NCBI RefSeq assembly: GCF_030028105.1
Contig: NC_092384.1
Coordinates: 12,736,316-12,800,315 of the forward strand
Length of the DNA: 64,000 bases
Source: Mobula birostris
Lineage: Eukaryota
Direction of reading: 5' to 3'
Position numbers and translations under genes: made by a program
Shown: piece after piece, positions 1 to 13,400 of the stretch
How the letters are laid out: the number at the start of each line of letters is the position of its first letter
Position numbering within the stretch: position 1 is the stretch's first letter
Notes under the pieces: model-generated
Seen by the model: only the letters and a program-made list of their open reading frames with translations
Database searches by the model: none
Told to the model about the DNA's origin: nothing

Positions 1-1860
1 CCTAGGGTAGAAAGAAAGAAGCTTAAAAAGAGGCTGAGGAGAGCAAGAAGGGGGCATGAGAAGACTTTAGCGAGTAGGGTCATGGAAAATCCCAAGACAT
101 TCTTCAATTATGTGAAGAACAAAAGTGAAGATAGGACAGATAAGAGATAAAGATGGGAAGATGTGCCTGGAAGCTGTGGAAGTGAGCGAGATCCTCAATT
201 AATACTTCTCTTCGGCATTCACAAATGAGAGGGAACTTGATGACGGTGAGGACAATATGAGTGAAGTTGATGTTCTGGAGCATGTTGATATTAAGGGAGA
301 GGAGGTGTTGGAGTTGTTAAAATACTTTAGGACGGATAAGTCCCCGGGAACTGACGGAATATTCCCCAGGCTGCTCCACGAGGCGAGGGAAGAGATTTCT
401 GCGCCTATGGCTAGGATCTTTATGTCCTCGTTGTCCATGGGAATGGTACCGGAGGATTGGAGGGAGGCGAATGCCGTCCCCTTGTTCAAAAAAGTTAGTA
501 GGAATAGTCCGGGTAATTATAGACCAGTGATCCTTACGTCTGTGGTGGGAAAACTGTTGGAGAAGATTCTTACAGATAGGATCTATGGGCATTTAGAGAA
601 TCATGGTCTGACCGGGGACAGTCAGCATGGCTTTGTGAAGGGCAGATCGTGTCTAACAAGCCTGACAGAGTTCTTTGAGGAGGTGACCAGGCATATAGAT
701 GAGGGTAGTGCAGTGGATGTGACGTACATGGATTTTTGTAAGGCATTTGAAAAGGTTCTACACGGTACGCTCATTCAGAAAGTCAGAAGGCATGGGGTCC
801 AGGGAAGTTTGGCCAGGTGGTTTCAGAATTGTCATGGTGGAGGGAGTACATTCGGATTGGAGGTTTGTGACTAGTGGTGTCCCACAACGATCGGTTCTGG
901 GACCTCTACTTTTCGTGATTTTTATTAACTATCTGGATGTGGGGGTAGAAGGGTGGGTTGGCAAATTTCCAGACGACACAAAGGTTGGTGGTGCAGTGAA
1001 TAGTGTAGAGAATTGTCAAAGCTTGCAGAGAGGCATTGATAGGATGCAGAGGTGGGCTCAGAAGAGGCAGATGTAGATCGACCCAGAGAATTGTGAGTTT
1101 GTACACTTTGGAAGGGCAAACTCCAAGGCAGAGTACAAAGTAAATGGCAGGATACTTGGAAGAGCGGAGGAGGAGAGGGATCTGGGGGTACATATCCACA
1201 GATCCCTGAAAGTTGCCTCACAGGTAGATAGAATAGTTAAGAAAGCTTATGGAGTGTTAGCTTTCATAAGTCAAGGGATAGAGTTTAAGAGTAGCGGGGT
1301 AATTATGCAGGTCTATAAAACTTTGGTTAGGGCACACTTGGAGTGCAGTGTCCAGTTGTTGTCGCTTCACTATAGGAAGGATGTGCGAGCGTTGGAAAGG
1401 GTACAGAGGATATTTACCAGGATACTGCCCGGTTTCGAGAGTATGTATTATGATCGGATATTAAGGGAGCTAGGGCTTTACTCTCTGGATAGAAGAAGGA
1501 TGAGAGTAGACATGATAGAGTTATACAAGATATTAAGAGGAATAGATAGAGTGGACAGCCAGTGCCTCTTCCCCAGGGCACCACTGCTCAATACTAGAGG
1601 ACATGGCTTTAAGGTAAGGGGTGGGAAGTTCAAGAGGGATATTAAAGGAAGCTATTTTACTCAGAGAGTGTTTGGTGCTTGAAATGCACTGCCTGAGTCA
1701 GTGGTGGCCGCAGATACACTAGTGAAATTTAAGAGACTACGAGACAGGAATATGGAGGAATTTAAATGGGGGGGTTATAGGGGAGGCAGGGTTTACGGGG
1801 CGGCACACATTGTGGGCCGAAGGGCCTGTAGTGTGCTATACTGTTCTATGTTCTATGTTC
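1..1860 (+). mobile_element. CR1 LINE, 3' half of ORF2 (reverse transcriptase) plus 3' tail, frameshifted
   Basis: ORFs 257-874, 747-1076 and 1254-1682 give CR1 RT motifs (KSPGTDGI, NYRPVILTSVVGK, SQHGF, SGVPQRSVLGP, FPDDTK); ends in a (ctatgtt)n tail at ~1845-1860. Confidence 0.9.
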
Positions 1861-2190
1861 TGTGAAACACTTCTGCATGGACTCCTCTCCAAATCATTCA
1901 GTTCAACATCGGCAGCGACATGTCTTGAACACATTGCCCCTTGGCTGTGCGATGCACCAGCACGGTCCATCGTTCGAATCAGTTTCGCCTCCGCTTGCCC
2001 CTTGAATATTTGCAGTGATAGTTGACCACAATTTACTTTAGAAACGGTGTTATTAGTAATGTGTTTAGTTGAATCTTGCATTTTGTACTTACCGTGAGGT
2101 GCCGCCTGCGTGCGGTAGTGCATCTAATTTTTTGCAGAAGATACCACAATAAGTGGAGGAACAGGGATTGATACAGAGGCAGGAAGTCTG

Positions 2191-4090
2191 CAAAACATAG
2201 AAAACATAGAAAATAGGTGCAGGAGTAGGCCATTCAGCCCTTCCAGCCTGCACCGCCATTCAGTATGATCATGGCTGATCATCCAACTCAGAACCCTGTA
2301 CCAGCCTTCCCTCCATACCCTCTGATCCCTTTAGCCACAAGGGCCATATCTAACTCCCTCTTAAATATAGCCAATGAACTGGCCTCAACTGTTTCCTGTG
2401 GCAGAGAATTCCACAGATTCACCACTCTCTGTGTGAAGAAGTTTTTCCTAATCTCCGTCCTAAAAGGCTTCCCCTTTATCCTCAAACTGTGACCCCTCGT
2501 TCTGGACTTCCCCAACATCAGGAACAATCTTCCTGCATCTAGCCTGTCCAATCCCTTTAGGATTTTATACGTTTCAATCAGATCCCCCCTCAATCTTCTA
2601 AATTCCAATGAGTATAAGCCTAGTTCATCCAGTATTTCATCATATGAATGTCCTGCCATCCCAGGAATCAATCTGGTGAACCTCGTTTGTACTCCCTCTA
2701 TGGCAAGAATGTCTTTCCTCAGATTAGGGGACCAAAACTGCAGACAATACTCCAGGTGTGGTCTCACCAAGGCCTTGTACAACTGCAGTAGTACCTCACT
2801 GCTCCTGTACTCGAATCCTCTTGCTATAAATGCCAGCATACCGTTCGCCTTTTTCACCGCCTGCTGTAACTGCATGCCCACTTTCAATGACTGGTGTATA
2901 ATGACACCCAGGTCTCATTGCACCTCCCCTTTTCCTAATCGGCCACCATTCAGATAATAATCTATTTTCCTGTTTTTATCACCAAAGTGGATAACTTCAC
3001 ATTTATCCACATTAAATTGCATCTGCCATGAATTTGCCCACTCACCTAACCTATCCAAGTCACCCTGCATCCTCTTAGCATCCTCCTCACAGCTAACACT
3101 GCCGCCCAGCTTTGTGTCATCCGCAAACTTGGAGATGCTGCATTTAATTCCCTCATCCAAGTCATTAATATATATTGTAAACAACTGGGGTCCCAGCACT
3201 GAGCCTTGCGGTACCCCACTAGTCACCGCCTGCCATTCTGAAAAGGTCCCGTTTATTCCCACTCTTTGCTTCCTGTCTGCTAACCAACTCTCCACCCACA
3301 CCAATACCTTACCCCCAATACCGTGTGCTTTAAGTTTGCACGCTAATCTCCTGTGTGGGACCTTGTCAAAAGCCTTTTGAAAATCCAAATATACCACATC
3401 CACTGGTTCTCCCCTATCCACTCTACTGGTTACATCCTCAAAAAATTCTATGAGATTCGTCAGACATGATTTTCCTTTCACAAATCCATGCTGACTTTGT
3501 CCGATCATTTCACCGCTTTCCAAATATGCTGTTATCACATCTTTGATAACTGACTCTAGCAGTTTCCCCACCACCGATGTTAGGCCAACCGGTCTATAAT
3601 TCCGCGGTTTCTCTCTCCCTCCTTTTTTAAAAAGTGGGGTTACATTAGCCACCCTCCAATCCTCAGGAACTAGTCCAGAATCTAAAGAGTTTTGAAAAAT
3701 TATCACTAATGCATCCACTATTTCTTGGGCTACTTCCTTAAGCACTCTGGGATGCAGACCATCTGGCCCTGGGGATTTATCCGCCTTTAATCCCTTCAAT
3801 TTACCTAACACCACTTCCCTACTAACATGTATTTCCCTCAGTTCCTCCATCTTACTGGACCCTCTGACCCCTACTATTTCCAGAAGATTATTTATGTCCT
3901 CCTTAGTGAGACAGAACCAAAGTAATTATTCAATTGGTCTGCCATGTCCTTACTCCCCATAATCAATTCACCTGTTTCTGTCTGTAGGGGACCTACATTT
4001 GTCTTAACCAATCTTTTTCTTTTCACGTATCTATAAAAGTTTTTGCAGTCAGTTTTCACATATCTATAAAAGCTTTTACAGTCACAAAAG
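2191..4090 (-). mobile_element. CR1 LINE, 5'-truncated, near-intact RT
   Basis: ORFs 2915-3850 and 2288-2887: KSPGPDG, QSQHGF, YLDFQKAFD, SGVPQGSVLGP, FADDTK; (catagaaaa)n tail at 2191-2212. Confidence 0.93.
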
Positions 4091-4099
4091 GAATTGGAC

Positions 4100-7000
4100 A
4101 GGTGGGGAGAGTGGGAAAAAGGTGTCAGATGGAATGCACCAACGGAAATTGTGGGGTTATGCACTTTTGTAGGAAAAATAATGGTGTAGGCCATTTTCTA
4201 AATTGGAAGAAAATTCAGAATTCAGAGGTGCAAAGGGACATGGGAATACTTGTTCAGGAATCCTTCAAGATTCAACCTTCAACTCTTGTCTGGTCTGGGA
4301 AAGTGAAGAGGTGTTAGAGAGGAACTATAGGCATGTAGTCACACTTGGGCCTGGGGAGACAGATAAGTGGTTAACACTCAGGAGAGGGAAGGGCAACAGG
4401 GAGATACGAGATAGTACCCCTGTGGCTGTCCGCCTTAATAATAATTACTCCTGTCTGGGCACTGTTATGGGGGAATGGCCTACCTGCGGGAAACAACAGT
4501 GGACGCCCCTCTGGAACAGAGTCTAGCCCTGTGGATCAGAAGGGTAGGGAAAGGAAGAATGTAGCAATGATAGGAAACTCTATAGTTATAGGGTCAGACA
4601 GGGGATTCTGTGGACGCAGGAAAGATACGCGGATGCCAGTTTGCCTCCCAGATGCCAGGGTCCGGGATGTTTCTGATCGCATCCACGATATCCTGAAGTG
4701 GGAACGGGAACATCCAGAGGTCGTGGTACATATTGGTACCAATGACATAGGTAGGAAAAGGAAGGAGTTCCCGTAAACACAGATTAGAAAAGGGAGGAGT
4801 TAGGAAGGAAGTTGAAAAACACGACGTCAAAGGTGGTAATAGTCATAGTCATACTTTATTGATCCCGGGGGAAATTGGTTTTCGTTACAGTTGCACCATA
4901 AATAATAAATAGTAATAGAACCATAAATAGTTAAATAGTAATTTGTAAATTATGCCAGTAAATTATGAAATAAGTCCAGGACGAACCTATCGGCTCAGGG
5001 CGTCTGACCCTCCAAGGGAGGAGTTGTAAAGTTTGATGGCCACAGGCAGAAATGACTTCCTATGATGCTCAGTGCTAATCTCGAGATTACTGCCTGTGCC
5101 ACGTGACAGTGAGTATCGGAATAGAATAAATAGGATAAATCCGTGGCTCAGGGATTGGAGCATTGGGCATTCAGATTTCTGGATCATTGGGACCTCTTTT
5201 GGGGCAGGTGTGCCCTGTACAAAAGGATGGATTGCAATTGAATCCCAGAGGGACGAATATCTTGGCGGGGAGCTTTGCTTAGGCTATTGGGGAGACTTCA
5301 AACAAGAATTGCTGGGGGGTGGGAACCGAACTGAAATGACGGAGGAAGGGGAGGTTGGATCACAAATAGAGAAAGCTTGGAGACAGTGTGAAAGGGAGGA
5401 TAGGCAGGTGATAGAGAAGGGAGAAGCTCAGACCGATGGTTTGAGATGTGTCCATTTTAATGCGAGGAGTATTATGGACAAAGCGGATGAGCTTAGAGCG
5501 TCGATCAGAACTTGGAGCTATGATGTTGTGGCCATTACAGAAACTTGGATGGTGCAGGGGCAGGAGTAGCTACTGCAAGTGTCAAGTTTTCTATGTTTCA
5601 GAAAGGACAGGGAGGGAGGCAAAAGAGGTGGGGGTGTGGCACTGTTGATCAGAGATAGTGTCACGGCTGCAAAAAAGGAGGAAGTCGTAGAAGGGTTGTC
5701 TACGGAGCCTCTCTGGGTGCAAGTTAGGAATAGGAAGAGGACAATTACTGTACTGCTTGTTTTTTATATACCACCTAATAGTGACAGGGACATCAAGTAG
5801 CAGATAGGGAGACAGATTCTGCAAAGGTCTAATAATAACAGGGTTATTTTGGTGGGAGGTTTTAATTTCCGAAATACTGATTGGCATCTCCATAGAGTGA
5901 GGGGTTTAGGTGGCGTTGAGTTTGTTAGGTGTGTTCAGGAAAGGTTCTTGACACAATATGAAGATAACCCTACAAGAGGAGAGGATGTACTTGATCTGGT
6001 ATTGGGAAATGAACCTGATCAGGTGTCAGGTCTCTCAGTGGGAGAGCATTTTGGAGATAGTGATCACATTTCTATCTCCTTTACCAAAGCATTGATGAGG
6101 GACAGGAAAAGATAAGTTAGGGAAACGTTTAATTGTAGTCAGGGGAAATATGAGGCTATGAGGCAGGAACTTGGAAGCATAAATTGGAAAGAGATGTTCT
6201 CAGGGAAACGTACGGAAGAATTGTGGCAAATGTTCAGAGGATATTTGTGTGGTGTTCTGCATAGGTACGTTCCAATTATACAGGGAGAGGATGGTAGGGC
6301 ACAGGAACGGTGGTGTACAAAGGCTGTTGTAAATCTAGTCAAGAAGAAAAGAAGATCTTACGAAAGGTTCAAAAAGCTAGGTAACGTTAGAGGTCTAGAA
6401 GATTATAAGGCTGGCAGGAAGGAGTTTAAGAATGAAATTAGGAGAACCAGAAGGGGCCATGAGAAGGCCTTGGCGGACAGGATTAAAGAAAACCCCAAGG
6501 CGTTCTGCAAGTATGTGAAGAGCAAGAGGATAAGATGTAAGAGAATAGGACCAATTAAGTGTGAGAATGGAAAAGTGTGTATGGAACCGGAGGAGATTGC
6601 AGAGGTAATTCATGAATACTTTGCTTCAGTATTCACTACGGAAAAGGATCTTGGTAGTTGTCGGGAAGACTAGCAGCAGACTGAAAGGCTTGTGCATGTA
6701 GATACCGAGGAAGAGGATGTGCTGGAGCTTTTGTTACACATCAAGCTGGATAAGGCACCGGGTCAGGACGGGATGTACCCCACGGAAGCAAGGGAGGAGA
6801 TTGTTGAGCCTCTGGCGATGAAATTTGCATCATCAATGAGGACGGGAGAGGATCCGGAATATTGGACAGTTGCCGATATTGTTCCCTTATTCAAGAAAGG
6901 GAGTTGAGATATCCCTGGAAATTATAGACCAGCGAGCCTTACTTCAATGGTTGGTTATTTGATGGAGAAGATCCCAAGTGGAAGAATTTATGAACATTCG

Positions 7001-7800
7001 GAGAGGCATAATATAATTAGGAATCGTCAGCATGGCTTTGTCAAAGGGAGGGCATGCCTTACGTGCCTGATGGAATTCTTCTGAGGATGTGACTAAACGC
7101 ATTGATGAAGGTCGAACCGAAGATGTAATGTATATGGATTTCAGCAAAGCATTTGATAAGGTACCCCATGCAAGGCTTATTGAGAAAGTAAAGAGGTATG
7201 GGATCCAAGGGGATGTTGTTTTGTGGACCCAGAACTGGCTTGGTTGTAGACGGCTCATATTCTGCATGGAGCTCAGGGATCAGTTCTGGGACCCCTATTC
7301 TTCGTGATTTTTATAAATGACCTGGATGAGGAAGTGGACGGATGGCTTATTAAATTTGCCGATGACGCAAACATTGGGAGTGTTATAGATAGTGTGGAGG
7401 GCTTTCAGAGGTTGAGTGAACTCGACCTTTTCTCCTTGGAACGATGGAGGATGAGCGGTGACCTTATAGTGGTGTACAAGATTATGAGAGGCATTGATCG
7501 CATAGATAGTCAGATGCTTTTTCCCAGGGCTGAAATGGCTAGTACGAGAGGGTATAGTTTTAAGGTGCTTGGAATTAGGTACAGAGGAGATGTCAGGGTA
7601 AGTCTTTTACGCAGAGGGTGGTGACTGCGTGGAATGGGCTGCCAGCCACGGTGATGGAGGCGCAAACGATAGGGTCTTTTAAGAGACTCCTGGATAGGTA
7701 CATGGAGCTTAGAAAAGTAGAGGTCTATGTGTAAGCCTATGACGTTCCAAGGTAAGGACATGTTCCGAACAGCTTTGTGCTGTAGGTTTTCTATGTTTCT
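4100..7800 (+). mobile_element. Near full-length degenerate CR1 LINE (ORF1 SGNH esterase, ORF2 APE endonuclease + RT)
   Basis: MIGNSIV..HIGTNDIG (esterase, 4531-4776); FNARSI..ITETW, GGFNF, DLVLGN, SDH (APE, 5450-6100); RT fragments to ~7620; ctatgttt tail. Confidence 0.85.
4841..5075 (-). mobile_element. Rex1/Babar-type LINE 3' end inserted into CR1 ORF1
   Basis: HRKSFLPVAIKLYNSS C-terminal motif (ORF 4987-5187), same as the longer copy at 33.6-34.6 kb; flanked by a taat duplication (4837-4840 / 5076-5079). Confidence 0.75.
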
Positions 7801-8329
7801 ATATCCTCCCTGTGCTTTCCTTCATTGATCTTAAAGGTAAGCCCCTTCACATTAGCTATTTCTGCCTGAGACAAGGTCTGTCTCTAGATATATGCCTCAA
7901 ATCATCGTGTACCCATCTGCCAAGTCATCTCTCATCCTCTTTTGTCATCACACCAGACCAGCCTCTTAAAGTGAACCCCAGCTCAATGACGGTGGTTGTG
8001 AAATATGCATGTTTCCACCCATTACATTACCATACACTATTGAACATACCCCTTATTCCTTAAGTTCTATTCTTGAACTCACAATCTTCCTTGTCTATGA
8101 AGTGGACGATTGCGGAGTGAATTGGAGATACAGTACATCCTTGTGGAATTTACGTGTATATTTTAAAAAGCGAGCGGGGCACTTATTTTCTGACAAACAA
8201 TCATCGCAAGCATCAGTCTGTAAATTCCCTTTGGACTTGAAGGGAATTCGATGTGGTAAAAACAAGGCGAGGAAGACCCTAGCTTCCATCGGTTTAAGTG
8301 CCAGGCCGAATCTGAAAGGTTGAGTACAG

Positions 8330-8620
8330 GCCGAATCGAGGCAGCGGGATCCAGGCCCCAGAGCGTACGGTGGTGACTGAACCCTATGATTGGACGAGTA
8401 AAGCACCGGGTGCTGCTCCGCTCCATACTGAACACGGCATCCGTGAAGAACAGTTCAGAACAGTATTTACTTGCGTTTATTGTTCTCTCTCCCCACATCG
8501 GGTATCTGATGGTCTTCTTTTGGGATTTCTTATTTTATGGCCGTCTCTTAGGAGGCAAATCTCAAGTATGTATAATGTACAGATGCTTTGATAATAAATT
8601 TATTTTAACCTTTGAGCCTT
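8330..8620 (+). mobile_element. SINE or LINE 3' tail-like repeat
   Basis: Ends in ataataaatttattttaacctttga, a typical non-LTR retroposon tail; no coding homology. Confidence 0.4.
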
Positions 8621-10167
8621 GAGTGAATTGGAGAGAGTTCCTTCTGGGCGTTACGCGCCAAATTTAAATAGAGAACGGGACCTTTCGGGACTTGCCTGCA
8701 AAGCAGGAGATCTCTTAGTTTTAATATTAACTAGGGTAATTTCCAAGGGCCAATACAAAGATGCAGGGTTTAAGCGGAGCAGTCATTGTAGCAGTGGTCA
8801 GGCTTTGGCAAGAACAGGCAGGGGCTCGTATTTAAGTTTGAAAAGCATAGCAAATGAAGGCAAGTTGGTAGTTCAGGCAGTGGAATTCTCTTTCTTGAAA
8901 TGTGGGATTTCAGGTCTCCTTAATTACTATACCTGCAGGATATGCATCAAACTTCAGTTCCTTTCTAGCAATATTAAGAAACTAGAACTAGAGTTGAATA
9001 TACTCAGGACCATCCAAGAGGCTGAAAAAATCATCGATGATTATTATATCAAGTCGGTCACATCCTCAATCAGGCTTTAGATAGTAGATGGGTGATCACC
9101 TGGAGAAATAAGGGGAGCAAACAGTCAGCGCATGATTCCATGATTTCCTTCAGCAATAAGTATACTCATTTCGATACTGCTGTGGGGGAGGGGGAGGAGA
9201 GGATGACATCAGGGCACGGCAGAAGACAGCCAAGTTGCATTATAGGCGGCTCTGAGGCTCAGCAGGGAAGGGTAAAGTCAGGTTGAGCTTAATGACAACA
9301 GACTCAATAGGGAGACGGCAGGAGATTATTTGGCCATGAATGAGAAGCCAGGATGGCGTGTTGTCCCCTCAGGTACTAGGGTCCAGGATGTCTCTGAACA
9401 GCTTAAAAAGATTCTCGAGAGGGAAGGTGAACAACCAGAGGCCCTGGTGCATATTGACACCAATGACATAGGTAGAAAGTGGAAACAGGTCATGCACAGT
9501 GAGTATGAGGTTAAAGTAAAGGGTGAAAAACACGACCTCCATGGCAGTAATCTCTGGATTATCCAGGAACCACGTGCTAGTCAGGACCTAAATAGAATGA
9601 TGATACAGATGAATGCGTGGCTGTGGAAGTGTTGCAGTGCGCAGGCCTTCAGATTTCTGGATCTGGACAGTCGGATCTCTTTTGGGCAATTTATGACCTG
9701 CAAAGAAGGATGGATTACACCTGAACCCTATGGGGACTAATATCTTTGCTGGCAGGTTTGCTAGAGCTGCCGGGGAGGATTTAAACAAAGTTGGCAGAAA
9801 GATGGGGACTGGAGTGGGGGGACTGAATATGAGGCAGTTGGCATACGCCGATACAGTGTGTAATGAGAATGTGAGGATGGACAGGCAGATAATAGGGTAA
9901 AATTGTCGTCAGAGGGATGATGGCAAAATCCAAAAGGGTGATGAATAACACGACGGAAGATGTTATAATTGAATGCAAACAGTATACGGAATAAGATAGA
10001 CGATATTGTAGAGCAGTTAAAAATTAGCATGCGTGACATTGTGGGCATAACTGAAATATGGCTGAAAGAAGATCATAATTATGATTTTAACGTCTAAGGA
10101 CACACATTGTATTGGAAAGACAGGCAGGTGGGCAGAGGCTGGCGTGGAACTACTTGTAGAAAAATGA
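8620..10167 (+). mobile_element. Degenerate CR1 5' region (5'UTR, ORF1 zinc-finger/coiled-coil and esterase, start of APE)
   Basis: CRICIKLQFL..KLELEL (ORF 8619-9080); VPSGTRVQDV..HIDTNDIG (9330-9740); NANSIRNK-like APE start at ~9970. Confidence 0.75.
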
Positions 10168-11001
10168 CGCAAACGCGAGGAAGTCTGTGGATGCTGGATT
10201 TTGAAGCAACATACATAAAATTGCTGGGGATGGGCAAGGGGTATAGAAAAAGAATGTGTGTGTATAAATAAATAAATAACGGATGGGGTACGAGGGGAGG
10301 TGGGGCATTAGCGGAAATTTAAGAAGTCAATGTTCATGCCATCAGGTTGAAGGTTAAAATGTGTGGCCGCTGGGAGGTCTGGCTTTCACCAAACAGTCCT
10401 TCTAGATGAGGCGACACTTCAGCTGTGAGTCGGCTGGGGTGATGTACTGCGTCCGGTGCTCCAGATGCGGCCTTCTATATATTGGCGAGACCCGAAGCAG
10501 ACTGGGAGATTGTTTCGCTGAACAACTACGCTCTGTCCACCAGAGAAAGCAGGATTTCACAGTGGCCACGCATTTTAATTCTTCGTCAAACTTCTCAAAT
10601 TTCTGCTAATACCCCACCTCCCCCCCGTACCCCATTTTTTTATTTATATACACGCATTCTTTTTTTCTCTCTCCTTTTTCTCCCTCTGTCCCTCTCACTA
10701 TACCCCTTGCCCATCCTTTGGGTTTCCCCCCGCCCCCTTTTCTTTCTCCCTAGGTCTCCTGTCCCATGAACCTTTCATATCCATTTTGCCAATCAACTGT
10801 CCAGGTCTTGGCTCCATCCCTCCGCTTCCTGTCTTCTCCTATCATTTCAGATCTCCCTCTCGCCCTCCCACTTCCAAATCTCTTATTAGCTCTTCTTTCA
10901 GTTAGGCCTGACGAAGGGTCTTGGCCAGAAACGTCGAATGTACCTCATCTTAGAGATGCTGCCTGGCCTGCTGCTTTCACCAGCAACTTTTATGTGTGTT
11001 G
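10168..11001 (+). mobile_element. Penelope-like element, truncated, with inverted 5' segments; GIY-YIG remnant
   Basis: GVMYCVRCSRCGLLYIGETRSRLGDCF (GIY-YIG, 10406-10609); 12-bp TSD gtagaaaaatga at 10156-10167 and 11002-11013. Confidence 0.85.
10904..10939 (+). ncRNA. Degenerate minimal hammerhead ribozyme motif in Penelope terminal repeat
   Basis: CTGACGA (10908-10914) ... GAAA-CGTC (10928-10935); stems I and II carry mismatches. Confidence 0.45.
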
Positions 11002-11013
11002 GTAGAAAAATGA

Positions 11014-13400
11014 AATCATTCCTTAGAAAGAGGTGACATAAGTTTGGAAGACTTGGAACCTTGTGGGTCGAGTTAAGAAACTGCAACAGCAGAAAGAATC
11101 TAATTGGAGTTATATACAGGCCTTTGAATAGTACTCAGGATGTGGGAAATCTACATCTACATATAGATTGGGTGAACCAAATTGGTAAGGGTGCTGAGGA
11201 AGAGGATTTCTTGGAATGTATGCGGGATGGCTTCTTGAGCCAACATGTCGAGGAACCAACTAGTGAGCAGGCTATTCTAGACTGGTTATTGAGCAATGAG
11301 GAAGGGTTAATTAGCAATCTTCTTGTGAGAGGCCCCTTGGGTAAGAGTGACCATAGTATGGTGGAATTCTTCATTAAGATGGAGGGTGACATAGTTAATT
11401 CAGAAACAAAGGTTCTGAACTTAAAGAAGGGTAACTTTGAAGGTATGAGATGTGAATTAGCCAGGATAGACTGGCAAATGACACTTAAAGGGTTGACAGT
11501 GGATATGCAATGGCAAGCATTTAAAGATCGCATGGATGAACTACAACAATTGTTCATCCCAGTTTGGCAAAAGAATAACTCAGGGAAGGTAGTGCACCCG
11601 TGGCTGACAAGGGAAATTAGGGATAGTATCAATTCCAAAGAAGAAGCACACAAATTAGCCAGAAAAAGCGGCTCACCTGAGGACTGGGAGAAATTCAGAG
11701 TCCAGCAGAGGAGGACAAAGGGCTTAATTAGGAAAGGGAAAAAAGATTATGAGAGAAAACTGGGAGAGAACATAAAAATTGACTGTAAAAGCTTTTATAG
11801 ATATGTGAAAAGAAAAAGATTGGTTAAGACAAATGTAGGTCCCCTACAGACAGAAAAAGGTGAATTGATTATGGGGAGCAAGGACATGGCAGACCAATTG
11901 AATAACTACTTTGGTTTTGTCTTCATTAAGGAGGACATAAATAATCTTCCAAAAATAGTAGGGGACAGAGGGTCTAGTGAGATGGAGGAACTGAGGGAAA
12001 TACATGTTAGTAGGGAAGTGGTGTTTGGTAAATTGAAGGGATTAAAGGCAGATAAAACCCCAGGGTCAGATGGTCTGCATCCCAGAGTGCTTAAGGAAGT
12101 AGCCCAAGAAATAGTGGATGCATTAGTGATAATTTTTCAAAACTCTTTAGATTAAATCTCATAGTATTTTTTGAGGATGTAACTAGTAGAGTGGATAGGG
12201 GAGAACCAGTGGATGTGGTATATTTGGATTTTCAAAAGGCTTTTGAAAAGGTCCCACACAGGAGATTAGTGTGCAAACTTAAAGCACACGGTATTGGGGG
12301 TAAGGTATTGATGTGGATAGAGAATTGGTTAGCAGACAGGAAGCAAAGATAGGAATAAACGGTACCTTTTCAGAATGGCAGGCAGTGACTAGTGGGGTAC
12401 CGCAAGGCTCAGTGCTGGGACCCCAATTGTTTACAATATATATTAATGACTTAGATGAGAGAATTAAATGCAGCATCTCCAAGTTTGCGGATGACACGAA
12501 GCTGGGCGGCAGTGTTAGCTGTGAGGAGGATGCTAAGAGGATAGGTTAGGTGAGTGGGCAAATTCATGGCAGACGCAATTTAATGTGGATAAATGTGAGG
12601 TTATCCACTTTGGTGGCAAAAACAGGAAACCATATTATTATTTGAATGGTGGCAGATTAGGAAAAGGGGAGGTACAACGAGACCTGGGTGTCATTATACA
12701 CCAGTCATTGAAAGTGGGCATGCAGATACAGCAGGTGGTGAAAAAGGCGAATGGTATGCTGGCATTCATAGCAAGAGGATTCGAGTACAGGAGCAGGGAG
12801 GTACTACTGCAGTTGTACAAGGCCTTGGTGAGACCACACCTGGAGTATTGTCTGCAGTTTTGGTCCCCTAATCTGAGGAAAGACATCCTTGCCATAGAGG
12901 GAGTACAAAGAAGATTCACCAGATTGATTCCTGGGATGGCAGGACTTTCATATGATGAAAGACTGGATCGACTAGGTTTATACTCGTTGGAATTTAGAAT
13001 ATTGAGGGGGGATCTTATTGAAATGTATAAAATCCTAAAGGGATTGGACAGGCTTGATGCAGGAAGATTGTTCCCGATGTTGGGGATGTCCAGAACGAGG
13101 GGTCACAGTTTGAGAATAAAGGGGAAGCCTTTTAGGACCAAGATTAGGAAAAACTTCTTCACACAGAGAGTGGTGAATCTGTGGAATTCTCTGCCACAGG
13201 AAACAGTTGAGGCCAGTTCATTGCCTATATTTAAGAGGGAGTTAGATATGGCCCTTGTGGCTAAAGGGATCAGGGGGTATGGAGGGAAGGCTGGTACAGG
13301 GTTCTGAGTTGGATGATCAGCCATGATCATACTGAATGGCAGTGCAGGCTCGAAGGGCTGAATGGCCTACTCCTGCACCTATTTTCTATGTTTCTATGTT
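11014..13400 (+). mobile_element. CR1 LINE ORF2 (APE + RT) with internal deletion near 12153
   Basis: ORF 11061-12155 (APE to start of RT), then a jump from FQNSLD to LI.FFEDV; ORF 12585-13307 is nearly identical to the 2288-2887 copy; ctatgttt tail. Confidence 0.92.
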
